A stretch of DNA of 64,000 bases, from assembly GCF_006345805.1 (NCBI RefSeq), contig NW_021832594.1:1-64000 (forward strand), given 5' to 3'. The first letter of the stretch is position 1. Each line of letters starts with the position of its first letter. Shown here one piece after another: positions 1-15,200 of this stretch. Made by a program: the position numbers and the translations under genes. The notes under the pieces were generated by a model. The model was not told where the DNA came from, did not search any database, and saw only the letters and a program-made list of their open reading frames with translations. This stretch comes from Octopus sinensis (Eukaryota).

Positions 1-253
1 AGCTGGCATTCAATTGGCGTATCAAGTTTCGGGCATTTTGAATGGGTTTTGGATAGAAAATTCACAAAAAAGTCATTTCTATTGATTTTTTTAATGGCTT
101 TGTGGGGTGACTGAGGAAATGTAAAGATGTGCATGACCACCCTTGGACGGTTTTGAATGACCATAGAAAATGCGAGCCCTCTAACTGAAAAATTGTGGAT
201 TTGTATAAAGGACACACACAGACAGACATTTTTGCTGTTATATATATAGAGAT
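1..253 (-). mobile_element. Non-autonomous Helitron-like element, 5' end
   Basis: Minus strand begins ATCTCTATATATATAACAGC...TGTCTGTCTGTGTGTGTCC, the same terminus style as the complete Helitrons in this window. Confidence 0.45.
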
Positions 254-1084
254 TCAGTCAACACATAGACTAATTTGCACTAGTAGATCGCTCAATCAAG
301 GTAAATAACAAGGTGTCAGTGCTAAGTAGTGTGTAAGCATGAGCAGAATTAAGTAAGATGAAATATGGTCGGCACCTCAACTGTTAAATGGCAAATACAC
401 CTGCAGTTACTGTGGTAAATAAATCTCTCTTGTGGTGTAAAGGTGTGAAAACACCCTGTTTGTTCAGTGTTGCCATCTATGAGGAATCCCAGACATCGAT
501 GTTTCAAGTTTGACTTTTTTCAGGATGTGCCTAAGGGAGATTTATTTTCTCCACAGTAACTGCCTTTTAGCAGTTGAAATATGTGACAAACATATTTCAA
601 CTTCCCTAATTCTGCTCATAATTATACACTGCTTAATGCTGACACTTTGTTTTATTTATATATATATATATATTTAAGCAAAAAAGCTAGTTCTAAAATC
701 TAAGAGATTGTCATAGTAGTTGTACTAGAAAGTAATGCTCGTAGCCACTTTAACATGGACATCTCCTCTAGCTGGTTAACAATGCACAGCTGCATCTGAT
801 ACATTGCAAGCAGGGGAGCAAACTCCTACCACACGCACATGGTGGATAATATTGTTTTGCTAAATTACCTATCAAAGGATGGCAAATAATCTTATTGGTC
901 AAAGAAATTTGAAACCATGGTATAACCGGTAATAAAAATAACAAGGTAAAAGTTTTTATTTTTCATTTACTTCGAAAATTGCTATTAGATCGTGATTTTG
1001 GCCATGTTGGCTGCTATTTCTAGCATGTAAAAATTACCTGTTAAAGGGTAGTTTTCTTTTGTGTTTAAATGTACACTATTTTAA

Positions 1085-1122
<38 letters not shown>

Positions 1123-1123
<1 letters not shown>

Positions 1124-1310
1124 CTGTGTCGGTGGCACATAAAATCACCCACTACACTCTCGGAGTGGTTGGCGTTAGGAAGGGCATCCAGCTGTAGAAA
1201 CACTGCCAGATCTGACTGGACTGGTGCAGCTTTCGGGCTCCCCAGACCCCAGTTGAACCGTCCAACCCATGCTAGCATGGAAAGCGGACGTTAAATGATG
1301 ATGATGATGA
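1123..1310 (+). mobile_element. SINE family B with (GAT)n tail; other copies at about 6089, 12770, 13440, 15935, 21995, 36110, 36598, 37870, 39460, 44395, 53570, 60525
   Basis: GCACCCACTACACTCTCGGAGTGGTTGGCGTTAGGAAGGGCATCCAGC...GGACGTTAAACGATGATGATG repeated. Confidence 0.85.
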
Positions 1311-2106
1311 TGTACACATACCATCATTCTTGTTTAACGTCCACCTTCCATGCTGGCATAGGTGGGAGGTTTGACAGGAGCCGGCCAGGCAGAAGCCTGC
1401 ACCAGACTTCTGTGACTGTTTTGGCAGGATTTTTACAACTGGATGCCCTTCCTAACACCAACCACTCAGCTGAGTAGACTTAGTCCTTTTTTATGTGGCA
1501 CAAGCACAGGCAAGGTCAGTTTTGACAGGGTTTTTACAGCTGGATGTCCTTCCAAATGCTAATCACTTTACAGTGTGAGCTGGATGCTTTTTAAGTGGCA
1601 CCTGCACTAACAGAGTCACCAAGTACCTTGTAAGACAAGAAAAAAAAACTTTTGAGAGGGGAAAGGGAATTGGAGAAGGTGATCTTCTGTCAGATGATGA
1701 AAGGTTATAGTGAGACAGGTACAGAAAGAGGTGCCTTGCTGTAGAGGAAGTACAAGGTTACCCGGCTGGAGAGAGAGAGAGATCAGAAATGAAAACAGAA
1801 ACAGGTGTGCTGCTGCAAAGGAGATACATGGTTACCCAACCCGAGGGAAGTGCAGGAGAAGGAGAGAGAATGTGGGAGAAAGCAGGATAGAGATGGTAGC
1901 AGAGTGCCGGGCATACTCACAAAGGCGGGGGATCCGAATATAAAGAGGATGGTTGAGTAAAGGAAAAGAGAGATATAGAGGGTGGCAAGTGTCAGGGCAT
2001 ATTCTTGAGGTTCAGATGTCATAATATATATTCTGAGCCGGTAGAATTGTTAGCACGTCAGATAAAATGCTTAGCGACATTTTGTCTGAATTTACGTTAC
2101 AAGTGC

Positions 2107-2500
2107 AGGAGTGGCTGTGTAGTAAGTAGCATGCTTACCAACCACATGGTTTTGGGTTCAGTCCCACTGCGTGGCACTTTGGGCGAGTGTCTTCTACTAT
2201 AGCTTTGGGCTGACCAAAGCCTTGTGAGTGGATTTGGTAGACGGAAACTGAAAGAAGCCCGTCGTATATATATATATGTATATATGTATGTATGTGTGTG
2301 TATGTGTCTGTTCCCCAACATCGCTAGACAACCGATGCTGGTGTGTTTACGTCCCCGTAACTTAGCAGTTCGGCAAGACAGACCGATAGAATAAGTACTA
2401 GGTTTACAAAGAATAAGTCCTGGTGTCGATTTCTTTGAGTAAAGGCGGTGCTCCAGCATGGCTGCAGTCAAATGACTGAAACAAATAAAAGAGTAAAAGA
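2107..2500 (+). mobile_element. tRNA-derived SINE family A; other copies at about 5341-5667(-), 9296-9677(+), 11463-11882(-), 11995-12356(-), 15511-15862(+), 28330-28772(+), 40110-40533(-), 61425-61779(+)
   Basis: Head GGAGTGGCTGTGTGGTAAG..GGTTCAGTCCC, central TGGCACCTTGGGCAAGTG, internal (TA)n, tail (GTAAAAGA)n; highly repeated. Confidence 0.85.
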
Positions 2501-3108
2501 ATATATATATATATATATATATATAAATATATATATTTGGTAGGAATAGATATATTAATATTTGATCCAGCTAAAACAATGCAAAGTGCACTGTGACCAG
2601 CAGTGTATAACAACATCCAGTAGTCTGGTTGATCACACAATCTCACAAGTATAGCTGAAAGACTTCAACTAAAGTAAACCCAAAATAGACTCAGTGGGAT
2701 GTGATTGCAATGTAGAACATTGTGAGGGACAGAACAGGTAAAGCAGCTAACGATGATTTGTTCATGAAGAGCCTAATTATGAACTGGTTCAGCTACTCTT
2801 AACAATTGGATGGGTTTCCTCCAGAAACTGTTCAGCCCCAGTTCAAGTAGACATATGATCAAATACATTCTGGCAATTACGATCCTGTCTTTTTTTCTTT
2901 CTTCTATCAGACACAGTTTACCTAGGATTACATCACTCAACATGTCCTTCCTTCCGTTTCTTTTCTAAGACAGTAGGGTCTTTCCCCTCAATCCTCCACT
3001 AACTCATTCACACACAAATGCATAAAAATGTTTAACAATAAAGCATTCAACACCGATAACAGAGAACAAAAAAAAAAAGAAAGAAAGAAAGAAAGAAGGA
3101 ATAGATAC

Positions 3109-3224
3109 TCATATTCCACTGCAATAGCACTCTTGGTGGTCTTTGATTTCCTTAACAAATGAAGATGGTGCCATTTATTTATATAATTGGTGACTAGTTC
3201 TGTCAATGTTATTAGAATCCGGCA
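3109..3224 (-). CDS. CENPI: CENP-I A exon 13: CRILITLTELVTNYINKWHHLHLLRKSKTTKSAIAVEY
   Basis: tattcag| acceptor is clear; the donor GA|gtatct is weak and its position is uncertain. Confidence 0.75.
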
Positions 3225-6200
3225 CTGAATAAAACAAAACAAGGATTAGTCATAGACATTTACAAGAACTATAAAGAGATTTAAAAGCGGTGCTCCAGCA
3301 TGGCCACAGTCAAATGACTGAAACATGTAAAAGAGTAAAAAAGATTAATATTGTTGTGTGTCAGTAAGTCTCAATTTAGTAAACTAAAGGAATGAGTTTA
3401 TGTTTATGTGCCAATGCTTTGTACATTCATTGTATCTGTCGAAAGTATTATTTATATCTGTATTTTCTGATGAACGGCATTGTTAGAAACTGCAGAGAAG
3501 GCCTCTGAGTGGGTTTGGGATGAAGAGGGGAGATTACTGCTATTGGGATGCTAAGTTGGGACTTGATCAATCCTGGCTGGGTCAACTGGGTGAGTGGGGT
3601 TTGATGTTAGAAGACCCAAACCCCAGTGGAGACCCTAGAAACATCACTGAACATTTGCAAGATGCATCTTAGAAACTAATAACAATCTCCTCATCCCATA
3701 TCCCTCTGCCTCCTCTTCCCCAAAGTTTCTCTGCCTCCTTGACACTCCTCACCCTCCTCTCTTTGATCTTCCTGCATGAAACCCCTACACTGCTCTTTCC
3801 TTCAATGATTCACCCAGGTTTCCTCTCTCCATTAATCTATTGCTTCCTTCCAAACCCTTTCCTCTCACATCTTCTGCCCACACTGGCCCCTTTTGATATT
3901 GGATAGCCCACTGCTTTTTCTCAACCCTGTTGCTACTTCCTTTGTGAAGTGGTTGAAGTTAAGAGGAGCAACCAACGATAGCAACCAGACCAAAGAGGCC
4001 CTTGGTCTACGACAGCCTTGTAACACATACACATTAGACCCTGTGAAACAATCCTACCTATTCCAGCATAGAAACTAGATGTAAAGTGCTTGATATTAGG
4101 ATGAGCAGCCAGCCATGGCAACAAGGCCAAAGACATTGGTGCAAGATTCAGTCCATCGACTCATCAAACCCTGTCACACTGACCAACCTGTGCCAGCACA
4201 GAAGCTAGATGTTGAGGAAGATGAAGAAGAAGAAGGAAGAGGATAAATACAGAGGTCAAGCATTTCAGAGCATTCTCTTGAAATAAAAAGAAATGATTAT
4301 CACATTTGCAAAAAGTAAATATCAATTGAAACAGAATGAAGAAGAGAAGAGAAATATTAAAAGAGTAATGCAATATTCTGATTTTACCTTTAAATAAGTT
4401 CCACGTCGGAAAAATATTTTCCTCAGGGGATCTAACAGAATCTGATGTAGTTCTGAATACGATATTTGAAAGGAAAATTAGAAAAGACAAAAAAATGATA
4501 GATATCAGTAAGAAAGTAAAGATTTACAATAACTTATCACTGAAAATATAAAATTTTTAGATAATTTCTTCCTTGAATTAAAAAGTTTGCAGGTGTAGCT
4601 TTTGTAAAAGCTGCAAACCTAGGCCACGTCTGATCCAAAAATCTGATTCAAGCCCAGGCTATCCCTGCTCGAATAATCAATGGTGACTTCACCAATTAAT
4701 ATTCTGCAATAGTTGATAATATACAAGATGAGCTACAATGAATCACCTCATCACAAAGTGCGTATGCATGGGATTAGGGACCACAAGTGGCCTTGTGTTC
4801 CCACTGAAACTATAAACATGAAATCTACACCCCAACAGCAAATGACAACCATAGCTACAGTGTTCAAGCTTCACTACAGCTGACTGTCTGACATGGTGAA
4901 CTCGCTGGTTGGAGCTGGTTCATTTCAGTCCAGGGTAATGCCACAACAAGCACAAGTATTGGATGAGATACCTTGCAATAATTGTTTCAGCTCTTAGCAT
5001 TCAGAGTTCAAATCCCACCATGGCCTACACAATCGACTCAGATGCAAACATTGAGGCCAAATCTCCAGTCTGAAAGATTAACCACCTACGTCCCCCAACC
5101 ACCAGTATCAAAGACCCTATAAAGGGTCATGGGCACCACCCTTCCTGCCTCACTAAAAGATTTAAAAAAATAAAAACGATTACCAAGAACTAAGTAAAAA
5201 CTTTCAAGAGTTTCAGCTGAGAAAATAGACAAGTTGTCATTGCGTTTAAAAACACACAGAATGTAAGGATCTTTTCGGTTGATGCCAAAGATTTGGTAAT
5301 TTTAAGATCAAGTAAAAATTTTCAAACTTGGAGTGTTGAAACTCTTTTACTTGTTTCAGTCATGCTGGAGTACCACCTTTAGTCGAGCAAATCGACTCCA
5401 GGACTTATTCTTTGTGAGCCTAGTACTTATTCTATCGGTCTCTTTTGTTGAACCACTAAGTTATGGGGACATAAACACACCACCATCAGTTGTCAAGCGA
5501 TGTTGTGGGGACAAATACAGACGCATATATATATATACATATATATGATGGCTTCTTTCAGTTTCTGTCTACAAAATCCACTCACAAGGCTTTAGTCGGC
5601 CTGAGGCTATAGTAGAAGACACTTGCCCAAGGTGCCACGCAGTGGGAGGACTGAACCCCAAACCATCAAACTTGGAGTGTTGATGTAAATTTTCACACTG
5701 AATCTGGGATTCATTTATTCCCAGGAAAATTTAGAAAAATATTACAGAGTTTCAAAGTTTGATAACTTAGTTCAGGCAGACAACAGGAATTGGAAGATGA
5801 AAACCTTCTGGAGGATAACTGTCAGAAAATGACAAATGATAGATACAACACAGCAGAAAATGATATCACTCATCAAAACTTGAGGTGGTTAAAGTGTCAC
5901 AGTGATGCAAGTTCCATGTCTTTCTTACAATGGAAACAAGGCTGACTACAGCTTTGCTATTTTCTTTGGAAACAAACACCAAAGTGAGATGTATGGTTGA
6001 GAATAAAACTGAAGAAATATGAAATCTCTGACAGCAACCAAAATGATCTGAATATAGTGGTGGTTAATCTAGTCAAATATTTCATTTATGTGTCGGTGGC
6101 ACATAAAATCACCCACTACACTCTCGGAGTGGTTGGCGTTAGGAAGGGCATCCAGCTGTAGAAACACTGCCAGATCTGACTGGCCTGGTGCAGCCTTCGG

Positions 6201-9200
6201 GCTTGCCAGACCCCAGTTTAACCGTCCAACCCATGCTAGCATGGAAAGCGGACGTTAAACGATGATGATGATATTTCTAATTGTGACCATTCTATTTTAT
6301 TCTAAGACTTACAATTTATAAGCATATATTTCTTTTATCTTTTACTCGTTAGAATGCTGCCATGCAACGGTGCAACCTTGAGAGAAATGGAAACAGCAAC
6401 ACTGCCATAACTTACATGGAAACCACGAATGTGCTTTTAAGGGAGGTAAGAGAAACACTTGAAAGTCAATGTAAGATCGTAATACTTCATGTAAAGTAAC
6501 TATAACAAATAATCCAGAACCTTTGTGTGTTACAGGATTGATCTCATAATCTAATCAGTTTGCGCCAGTCACGAGACCAAACATCCCTGAAAGTTTCATC
6601 TGAATCCATCCAGCAGTTCTTGAGATATCTTGTCCACAGACAAACAAACAAACACAACTGAAAAACAATACCTCTGCCTTTGCTAAGGCGGACGTAATAA
6701 CATTAACAATGAAAGCTATAGGGAGACCACCAATAAAAAGTTCTCATCTAATTTCAATCAAAGTGATTTACATATCACCATGAATTCAAAAAGCAGTTAT
6801 CGTTTTTTATTCCATTCCAGAGTTCAGAATTAGCTCTTTCATGTCAACAATCTTGTCATTCTCTATTTCTGTCTTTTTTTTGAGGATAATCAAAATATAA
6901 TAAATATATTATTAGTAAAACATAAATCATTAACTATATTTTAAAAACCATACTTACCTGAAAACTTGTGTATTCGGATGTGTGGAATCAATTTAAAAAT
7001 GGACTGATTAAAATGAAATCCATCCCAAGTATCAAGGAACTGGTACAGAAAATATTCAATAGCTGGGGTGCCTTCCTGATTGGGGTAGAAATAAAATATA
7101 AATGAATTAATTCATTACCATCATGCTAAAATAATTCTGTAAGAAAAATGCAATAACAAAAAAAAAAGTCTAAATCCACATTCTCCATAAGCCCTGGGGT
7201 TGATTTGTCCGACTAAAGGCAGTGCTCCAGCATGGCCGCAGTCAAAATGACAAACAAATAAAAAAATAAAAGAATCTTGAGCTTGTATAATCAGGACTGA
7301 CCTAGTGCTCATTCATACAATTCTATAAATAAACCTCTTTTAACACTTTTTATTAAAGATTAACCAATCATGAAAAAAAATGAGAAACCTGTTTTTCACC
7401 AAACATGTATTACAAAATGATGTTTCGCATTGATTATATAAGTTGAAAAATATCTATATATATAAAAGTGAAGTTGTGTGAGTGTCTGTCTCCTACGATT
7501 TAGATTCCTAACTACTCCCACATTTTGCGGTGCAGTTTAACCAAATTCGGGTATCTTATAGTCGTGATTCATATCGAGCCCGTCTGGGTATTAGCGCGCG
7601 TCTACGATGAGTCTACAATTTAAAAATAATTTAACATCATTTTTTTCCATTTCTTCCAATTTTATCGTGTGTCGATGGCGGCGGAGTTGGCGTCCATGCT
7701 CACACCTGCACCCGTGTTGCTTCTCCCCCCCTCGTGAAGCTGTGGGGAAGGGAGTGTAAGGAAATCAACGTCGTAAAGCGTTGTCAAGGAGACCAGCGTT
7801 CTTTTAGAACGACGACTTCATGGCTTGAAGTCGCCAAAACAGAAATCGCTAAAAAAGCTGAAACAGATCCACAAAAACGGCAAAAACCGCCACACAGGGC
7901 AGGTTTCCTGTGCAAACAATTTGCACAACCGAATGTTTTAGTTGTTGCACAAATCTTTATATATAAAAGTGAAGTTGTGTGTCTGTCTCCTGCGATTTAG
8001 ATTCCTAACTACTCCCACATTTTGCGGTGCAGTTTAACCAAAACCGGGTATCTTATAGTCGTGATTCATATTGAGCCCTTCTGGGTATTAGCGCGCGTCT
8101 ACGATGAGTCTACGATTTTAAAAATAATTTAACATCATTTTTTTCCATTTTAATGCATTTTTTTGCTATTATATAAGGGAAGTAACTCTCTAAAAATGTC
8201 TACGATGAGTCAACGATTTAAAAAAATTTACTATAATTTTTTTGCTATTTTTTGGCTATAACTCTCTAAAAATGCTTTATAGTTATTTCCCTTACAAACC
8301 CGAGCAACGCCGGGCGATACTGCTAGTATAATATATAAGCAAACGGAAAACAGACACAGAAGGCAACCAAATCCTCATCAGTTATCGCCCAAAGGATCCA
8401 ATGACGAAAGTGAAGCAAGTTAGCAATAACAGTTTTGAAAGGGACGTAACTCTGTGTTAGTCCCTGACTGAACTTAGCAATGTTTCCCTAAGACCACATA
8501 AATCTCACCTAACACTTAGAATTTGTCCAAAGGAAAGAAAAGGGCTGCTCCCCATCTTTCAAATAATAATCTTGAAAGAAAGTAATGAGAGTCATTAAAA
8601 AGGAAACGATAATGAATTCAACGTTTTAGCTTCATTCACTTCTTTCTTCTCTCAACAATTCATTGATGTTGTTTTACTTTAGGTCAGCCTCAGTCCAAAA
8701 AAAATCTATAATCAGAGACATTCCATCCTTGCTCATTTTGAATTTTTAGGGACTTCTAGGACTATATTATCTAATATGACCTATTGGCTTAATATCTCAA
8801 GATAATTCATGCAGAAAAACGCTTTGCCAGAGAGTTGCAGCTCTTGAAATGAAAGATGAAACAAATGTGGAGTGTAGGGGATGAAACACAGCAGATAAAT
8901 TGCAAGACAATGAGGTACAAATGTTTCAGTGGGGCTGGCCTGGCTGGAAGGGACCAAGAGTTTGTTCGTTCAGAAAAATTCTTTAAAAACAAAGAAAAAA
9001 AGACCTAATTACTTTTCTACTACTGATTAGGTTTTCCCAACAAAGCAACCCTTCGATGAAAATAATATTTAGCAATTTCTATAATAACAATATACTAGAA
9101 TATGAAGCACTTCAATTTTTACCAAAAAAGAAAACAAACCCAGTTGTAGTAAAGGTAGAAGTAGGAAAGGAATGGCCTGGGAGTCCATGGTTGAATTATG

Positions 9201-11690
9201 GTGATGAATGGGACTTCGTCAATAAGTTTTAACTGATTTCCTTTGAGTATGGTCCAAGATGTTTGTACATGTAGCTTCAGCATTGTTCTACGTTGGAGTG
9301 GCTGTGTGGTAAGTAGCTTGCTTACCAACCACATGGATCTGGGTTCAGTCCCACTGCGTAGCACCTTGAGCAAGTGTCTGCTATTATAGGCTTGGGCCAA
9401 CCAAAGCCTTGTGAGTGGATTTGGTAGATGGAAACTGAAAGAAGCCCGTCGTATATATGTATATATATATATGTGTGTGTGCATATGTTTGTGTCTGTGT
9501 TGGTTCCCAAACAAGGCTTGACAACCGATGCTGGCGTGTTTATGTCCCAGTAAGTTAGCGGTTCAGCAAAAGAGACTGATAGGCTTACAAAGAATAAGTC
9601 CTGGGGTTGATTTGCTCGACTAAAGGCGGTGCTCCAGCATGGCCACAGTCAAATGACTGAAACAAGTAAAAGAGTATATTGGAGAAGTTCTCTAACATGG
9701 GTATTAAGTGAGCTTTATCAAAAGTCAGCCACTAAATATTCTGACTTCAAAAAGGAAACCTAATATGAGATTGCCACACAAAAGATCATCAATCATAGGT
9801 GCAGGTATGGCTGTATGGTAAGAAATTTACTTCCCAACAACATGGTTCCAGGTTCAGTCCAACTGCATGGCAGTTTGCACAGGTGTCTTTTACTATAACT
9901 CTGAGCTGACCAAAGCCTCGTGATTGAATTTGGTAGACAGACACTGAAAAGAAGCATGTCGTATATGTATGTGTGTGTGTTTGTGAATGTGTGCCTTTGT
10001 GTCTGTGTTTGTCCCACACCACCTCCTGGCAACTGATGGTTAGTTTATGTCCTTTCTGTAACTTAGCAGCTCAGAAGTAGACTGATAAAACAAATATATA
10101 TCTGATTCAGAATGCTTCAAGTTGGTGCCCCGGCATGGCAGCAATATCTATAATAATAACATTCTACAATATCGAGAACTTTAATTTTTGTCTAAAAAAG
10201 AGAAATAACATCAAAAAACAAAGTAATTTACAATTATCAAAATCACAGAAAATAAAAAAGGTAAAATAAGTACCTTAGTACGACGCATGAACCCTGCTAA
10301 CTTTGACAGAAACTCTTCCAGATAATCATAATTTGGTACACTGTTTTCTATAAAAGCTGCAGAAGAAAATAAAGCATACTGGATTCAGTAAGAATAAAAA
10401 TCTGAGATAAGATGGCATACGTATGTACACAAATATATATATATACTAGCAGTATCGCCCGGTGTTGCTCGGGTTTGTAAGCGAAATAACTATATAAGCA
10501 TTTTTAGAGAGTTACTTCCCTTATAGATGCCAATTCGGGCTTTCTTAGCCATTTCTGTTTTGGTGTCTTCAAGCCATGAAGTCGTTGTTCTAAAAGAACG
10601 CTGGTCTCCTTGACAACGCTTTACGACGTTGATTTCCTTACACTCCCTTCCCCACAGCTTCACGAGGGAGGGAAGAAGGGGGAGAAGCAAACAGGTGCAG
10701 ATGTGAGCGTGGACGCCAACTCCGCCGTCATCGACACACGAAAAATTATGCATTAAAATGGAATAAAAAATGATGTTAAATTATTTTTTAAATCGTAGAC
10801 TCATCGTAGACGCGCGCTAATACCCAGACGGGCTCGATATGAATCACGATTATAAGATACCCAAATTTGGTTAAACTGCATCGCAAAATGTGGGAGTAGT
10901 TAGGAATCTAAATCGAAGGGGACAGACACTCACACAACTAGTTTTATATATATAGATATACACACACACACACATATATATATATATGTACATACATATG
11001 TTAATGGTTGTTTATGTTCATTTATCATGAAAACAATTTGACATTAATTTGATGGGTTACTTTATACTTCTCTAGAGTACAAATTCATAATTCTTAAACA
11101 AGAATACTGTTGACAGAGACTTTGAAGTTTTGGCCGGTTAAGCCATTGTTGGACTGTCTTATAATAGCTTAACTGACTTAAACTTTGAAATCACTGTCAA
11201 TAATGTTCTTGCTTAAAAATAATAAGCACATACATTATGGGCCCTCCCTTCATTGGATGACGCATGAGAAGTCAGCCATTTCTAGCTGTAGAACCACACA
11301 GGCGACTTGTTTATAGTAAATAAATGTATGTGCTGAATATTAGCTCACTCCCTCCATCAAATCGACATACTTGTACAGGTGCACAACATGCCACATGTCA
11401 GATGAGGAAATGCTTGCGGAGCAATGTGAAATGAAGTGTTTTGCTCAAGAATACAATGCCATACTCTTTTACTCTTTTACATGTTTCAGTCATTTGACTG
11501 TGGCCATGCTGGAGCACCGTCTTTAGTCGAGCAAATCGACCCCGGGACTTATTCTCTTGTAAGCCCAGTACTTATTCTATCGGTCTCTTTTGCCGAACCG
11601 CTAAGTAACGGGGACGTAAACACACCAGCATCAGTTGTCAAGCAATGCTAGGGGGACAAACACAGACACACAAACACATATAACACATAC

Positions 11691-11721
<31 letters not shown>

Positions 11722-11894
11722 CGACAGGTTTCTTTCAGTTTCTGTCTACCAAATCCACTCACAAGGCATTGGTCGGCCCGGGGCTATAGCAGAAGACACT
11801 TGCCCAAGATGCCACGCAGTGGGACTGAACCCGGAACCATGTGGTTGGTTAGCAAGCTACTTATCACGCAGCCACTCCTGCACCATGTATATAT

Positions 11895-11944
<50 letters not shown>

Positions 11945-12210
11945 TATGTTGGTGCAAACAGGAAAAATATAACTCAAAACATGAGTATATTCTTTCACTC
12001 TTTTACTTGTTTTAGTCATTTGACTGTGGCCATGCTGAAGCACCATCTTTAGTCGAACACATCAACCCCAAGACTTCTTTGTAAGTCTAGTACTTATTCT
12101 ATCAGTATCTTTGGCTGAACTGCTAAGTTACAGGGGCGTAAACACACCAGCATCAGTTGATTGTTGGGGGACAAACACAGACACACAAATACATAAACAC
12201 AGACATACAT

Positions 12211-12260
<50 letters not shown>

Positions 12261-15200
12261 GAGGGCTTGTTTCAGTTTCCATCTACCAAATCCATTCACA
12301 AGGCTTTAGTCGGCCTGAAGCTGCAGTAGAAGACACTTGCTCAAGGTGCCATGCAGTATATATTTTATTAATATTTAGCAGAAGCAACAGAATGACTCAA
12401 GGTCTGAAAGTTTTTTGCATTGGCATTATCAAACTAGCTACAGGTTGAAGGTTTGTGTGCTTATATAGCTGCTGATAAATAAAATATAATATTTCCCTAT
12501 GGAATGTTCTAGAAGAAATTACAAAATGTCATGTGGATAATTCAAAAGTTTGTACAATTAGGTCATTCAATAAGCAAATAGATAAATAAGAAAGAAACAA
12601 AGTAAAAAGAAAAAAAATATAGTGGCATCATACATGCATACACACATATACACACACATACCAAAACAAATCCCACAAAATTTGCACATATACATGAGAA
12701 TGTGCACATGAATTAGGAGTATGGATTTGAGTATGGACACACATATACATGCACACGCATGTACACATACATCATCATCGTTTAACATCCGTTTTCCATG
12801 CTAGCAAGGGTTGGACAGTTCGACCGGGGTCTGGGAAGCCAGGAGGCTGCACCAGGCTCCAGTCTGATTTGGCAGTGTTTCTACAGCTGGATGCCCTTCC
12901 TAACGCCAACCACTCCGTGAGTGTAGTGGTGCTTTTTACATGCCACCAGCACAGGTGCCAAGGGAGGCTGGGAACGGCCACGATTGGTTGGTGCTTTTTA
13001 CGTGCCACCTATATATGTCAATGTGTATGTGCTTATGTTTACCAGTCTAAACCCAATGCTGATGTTTCTGTTGCGTCTCTGTCTGTCACCTAACTTAGTG
13101 GCTTGAGAATTAGTCAAAATGAACGTCTAAAATCCTTGAGGGACATGACCCAGAATGGCCACAATCGAAAGACAGAAACCACTGCAAACAAGAACAAAAA
13201 TGAAAGATGAGACAAAAGTCGTTTTTTTTAAAATTACAGTCGTTGCCAGAGCAGCTAACTGGTTTCTGTGCTGATGGCATGTAAAAATGACCATTCGAGC
13301 GTGATCGTTACCAGTTCGCCTTACTGGAACTTGTGCTGGTGCCACGTGAAAAACATTCGAACGACGTCGTTGCCAGTGCCACTGGACTGGCTCCTATGCA
13401 GGTGGCACGTAAAAAGCACCATTTGAGCGTGGCCGTTACCAGTACTGCCTATCTGGCCCTCATGCCGGTGGCACGTAAAAGCACCCACTACACCCTCGGA
13501 GTGGTTGGCGTTAGGAAGGGCATCCAGCTGTAGAAGCTCTACCAGATTAGATTGGAGCCTGGTGCAGCCATCTGGTTCGCCAGTCCTCAGTCAAATCGTC
13601 CAAACTATGTTAGCATGGAAAGCGGATGTTAAACAATGATGATGATGACAGTTAAAGGACTTCAAAGAGATTCCTGTAAAGACTTACCATCATAACAAGT
13701 GTGGTAGAGCCACCAATTAAACTGGCCTGTTACATGTCGGTTTTTGTTGTATGTGATCAGGTACTGAAGCAACGGATTATCAATCACAGAACCAATTTGA
13801 ATTGGTAGCTACAAATAAAGATTAAAAAAGATAATTATAAAATGCCCAAGAGTCACTTGCTGTTTTACAAAACATTGCAATTCTTAACTCTAACAAATGA
13901 TCTCATGTTATACCACTTACATCTGATGAAAGTTTACCTGTAATTATTATTAGATTGCTTTAGATCAGCATTCTTTAAATAAACTCAGGACACAAATAAA
14001 CACTGTATTTCCCAGTGAATAAGACATGCTTTTTTAACAAAAGAAATCTCTGAAAGAGTGACCCCAGGTTCTATATGGGCCTCTCATAAGCTAATTTTGT
14101 TCTTGATGCACGCTTTTTCTGAATATTCATAACTGAGATTAGGGTGTGTCAAATATGCTACTACATCTTTTATGACATCAAAAATGGTATTGTATCAGGT
14201 TGGAATGTAAGTTTTATCCAATTTTCTAGATGAAATTTTAGATGACATTTATTAAAGTATTGTCTCTTGTTGTCAAGCACAGAATGAAACAACAAGTAAT
14301 TTATATTTTCTTCTTTCAGGCTAAAAGAATATTGTTCACTCTTCTCCATGTTCACCCCACATTGTTTGTCCCACCAAAGAACATAGACGTGCTTCAGTCT
14401 GAGTTTCATAAGGCATCAATGCGAGTGCAGCAGTAAAATCCATTCAGAGCACTTATGGAGATGATGTAGTGAACCAAAGAAGTGGCAGGCGATGGTGTTC
14501 CTGTTTCTGAAGTGGAAATTTAGCTTATATAATAAGCCAAATGAGGACTGTCCAGAATATTTTGATTCCCAAGTGTTGGATGATGTTATCACAGCAAATT
14601 CTGCCCCTAGTGCTAGGGATCTCAAGAAATTTAAAGTAAGCCATACGACTATCCTACACAAACTGAAAAGAATTGGCTTATGATCCATCAGAAGTTATGA
14701 ATAGGGATCACATATCTTAGGACTTTGTTATCCAGCATAAAATAACCCCCACACATTATACATGTCTTACATTATTTATTGACTGTGTTATCTTTAAGAA
14801 ACATTTGTTAATTACCTAAATCAGTGATTCTCACATAAGGTTTATTTAATCAAAATGGGAAGGAAAATAAGGAAAAAAAGCTGCTCTTACTTGAATTTGA
14901 TCGATATACCGAAGAAGGTCTTCAAATGTCAGTATCCTGTGGAATGAAACTGTTTCAGGAAAGTGGTCCTGCCTCACAATATGAGAAGTTGGTACATAAT
15001 CATTTATTGAAGATTGAACCTGAGGAATTAATTTACTCAGTTTGGCTTTCTTTCGAACCTGAAAGACAAGACAATGATATTATTTCACTTTAAGAGAGGT
15101 TGGGGTCCACCAAGGTTCAGTCCTCAGCCTCCTCCTATTTATCATAGTCCTCCAAGCAATAATGGAGGAATTCAAGACAGGATCCCCTGGGAGCTCCTCT

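Noticed and set aside
1-3108. CENP-I A exon 14 and later exons
   Set aside because: I could not find a convincing phase-2 exon with CENP-I similarity; it probably lies left of the window or was missed.
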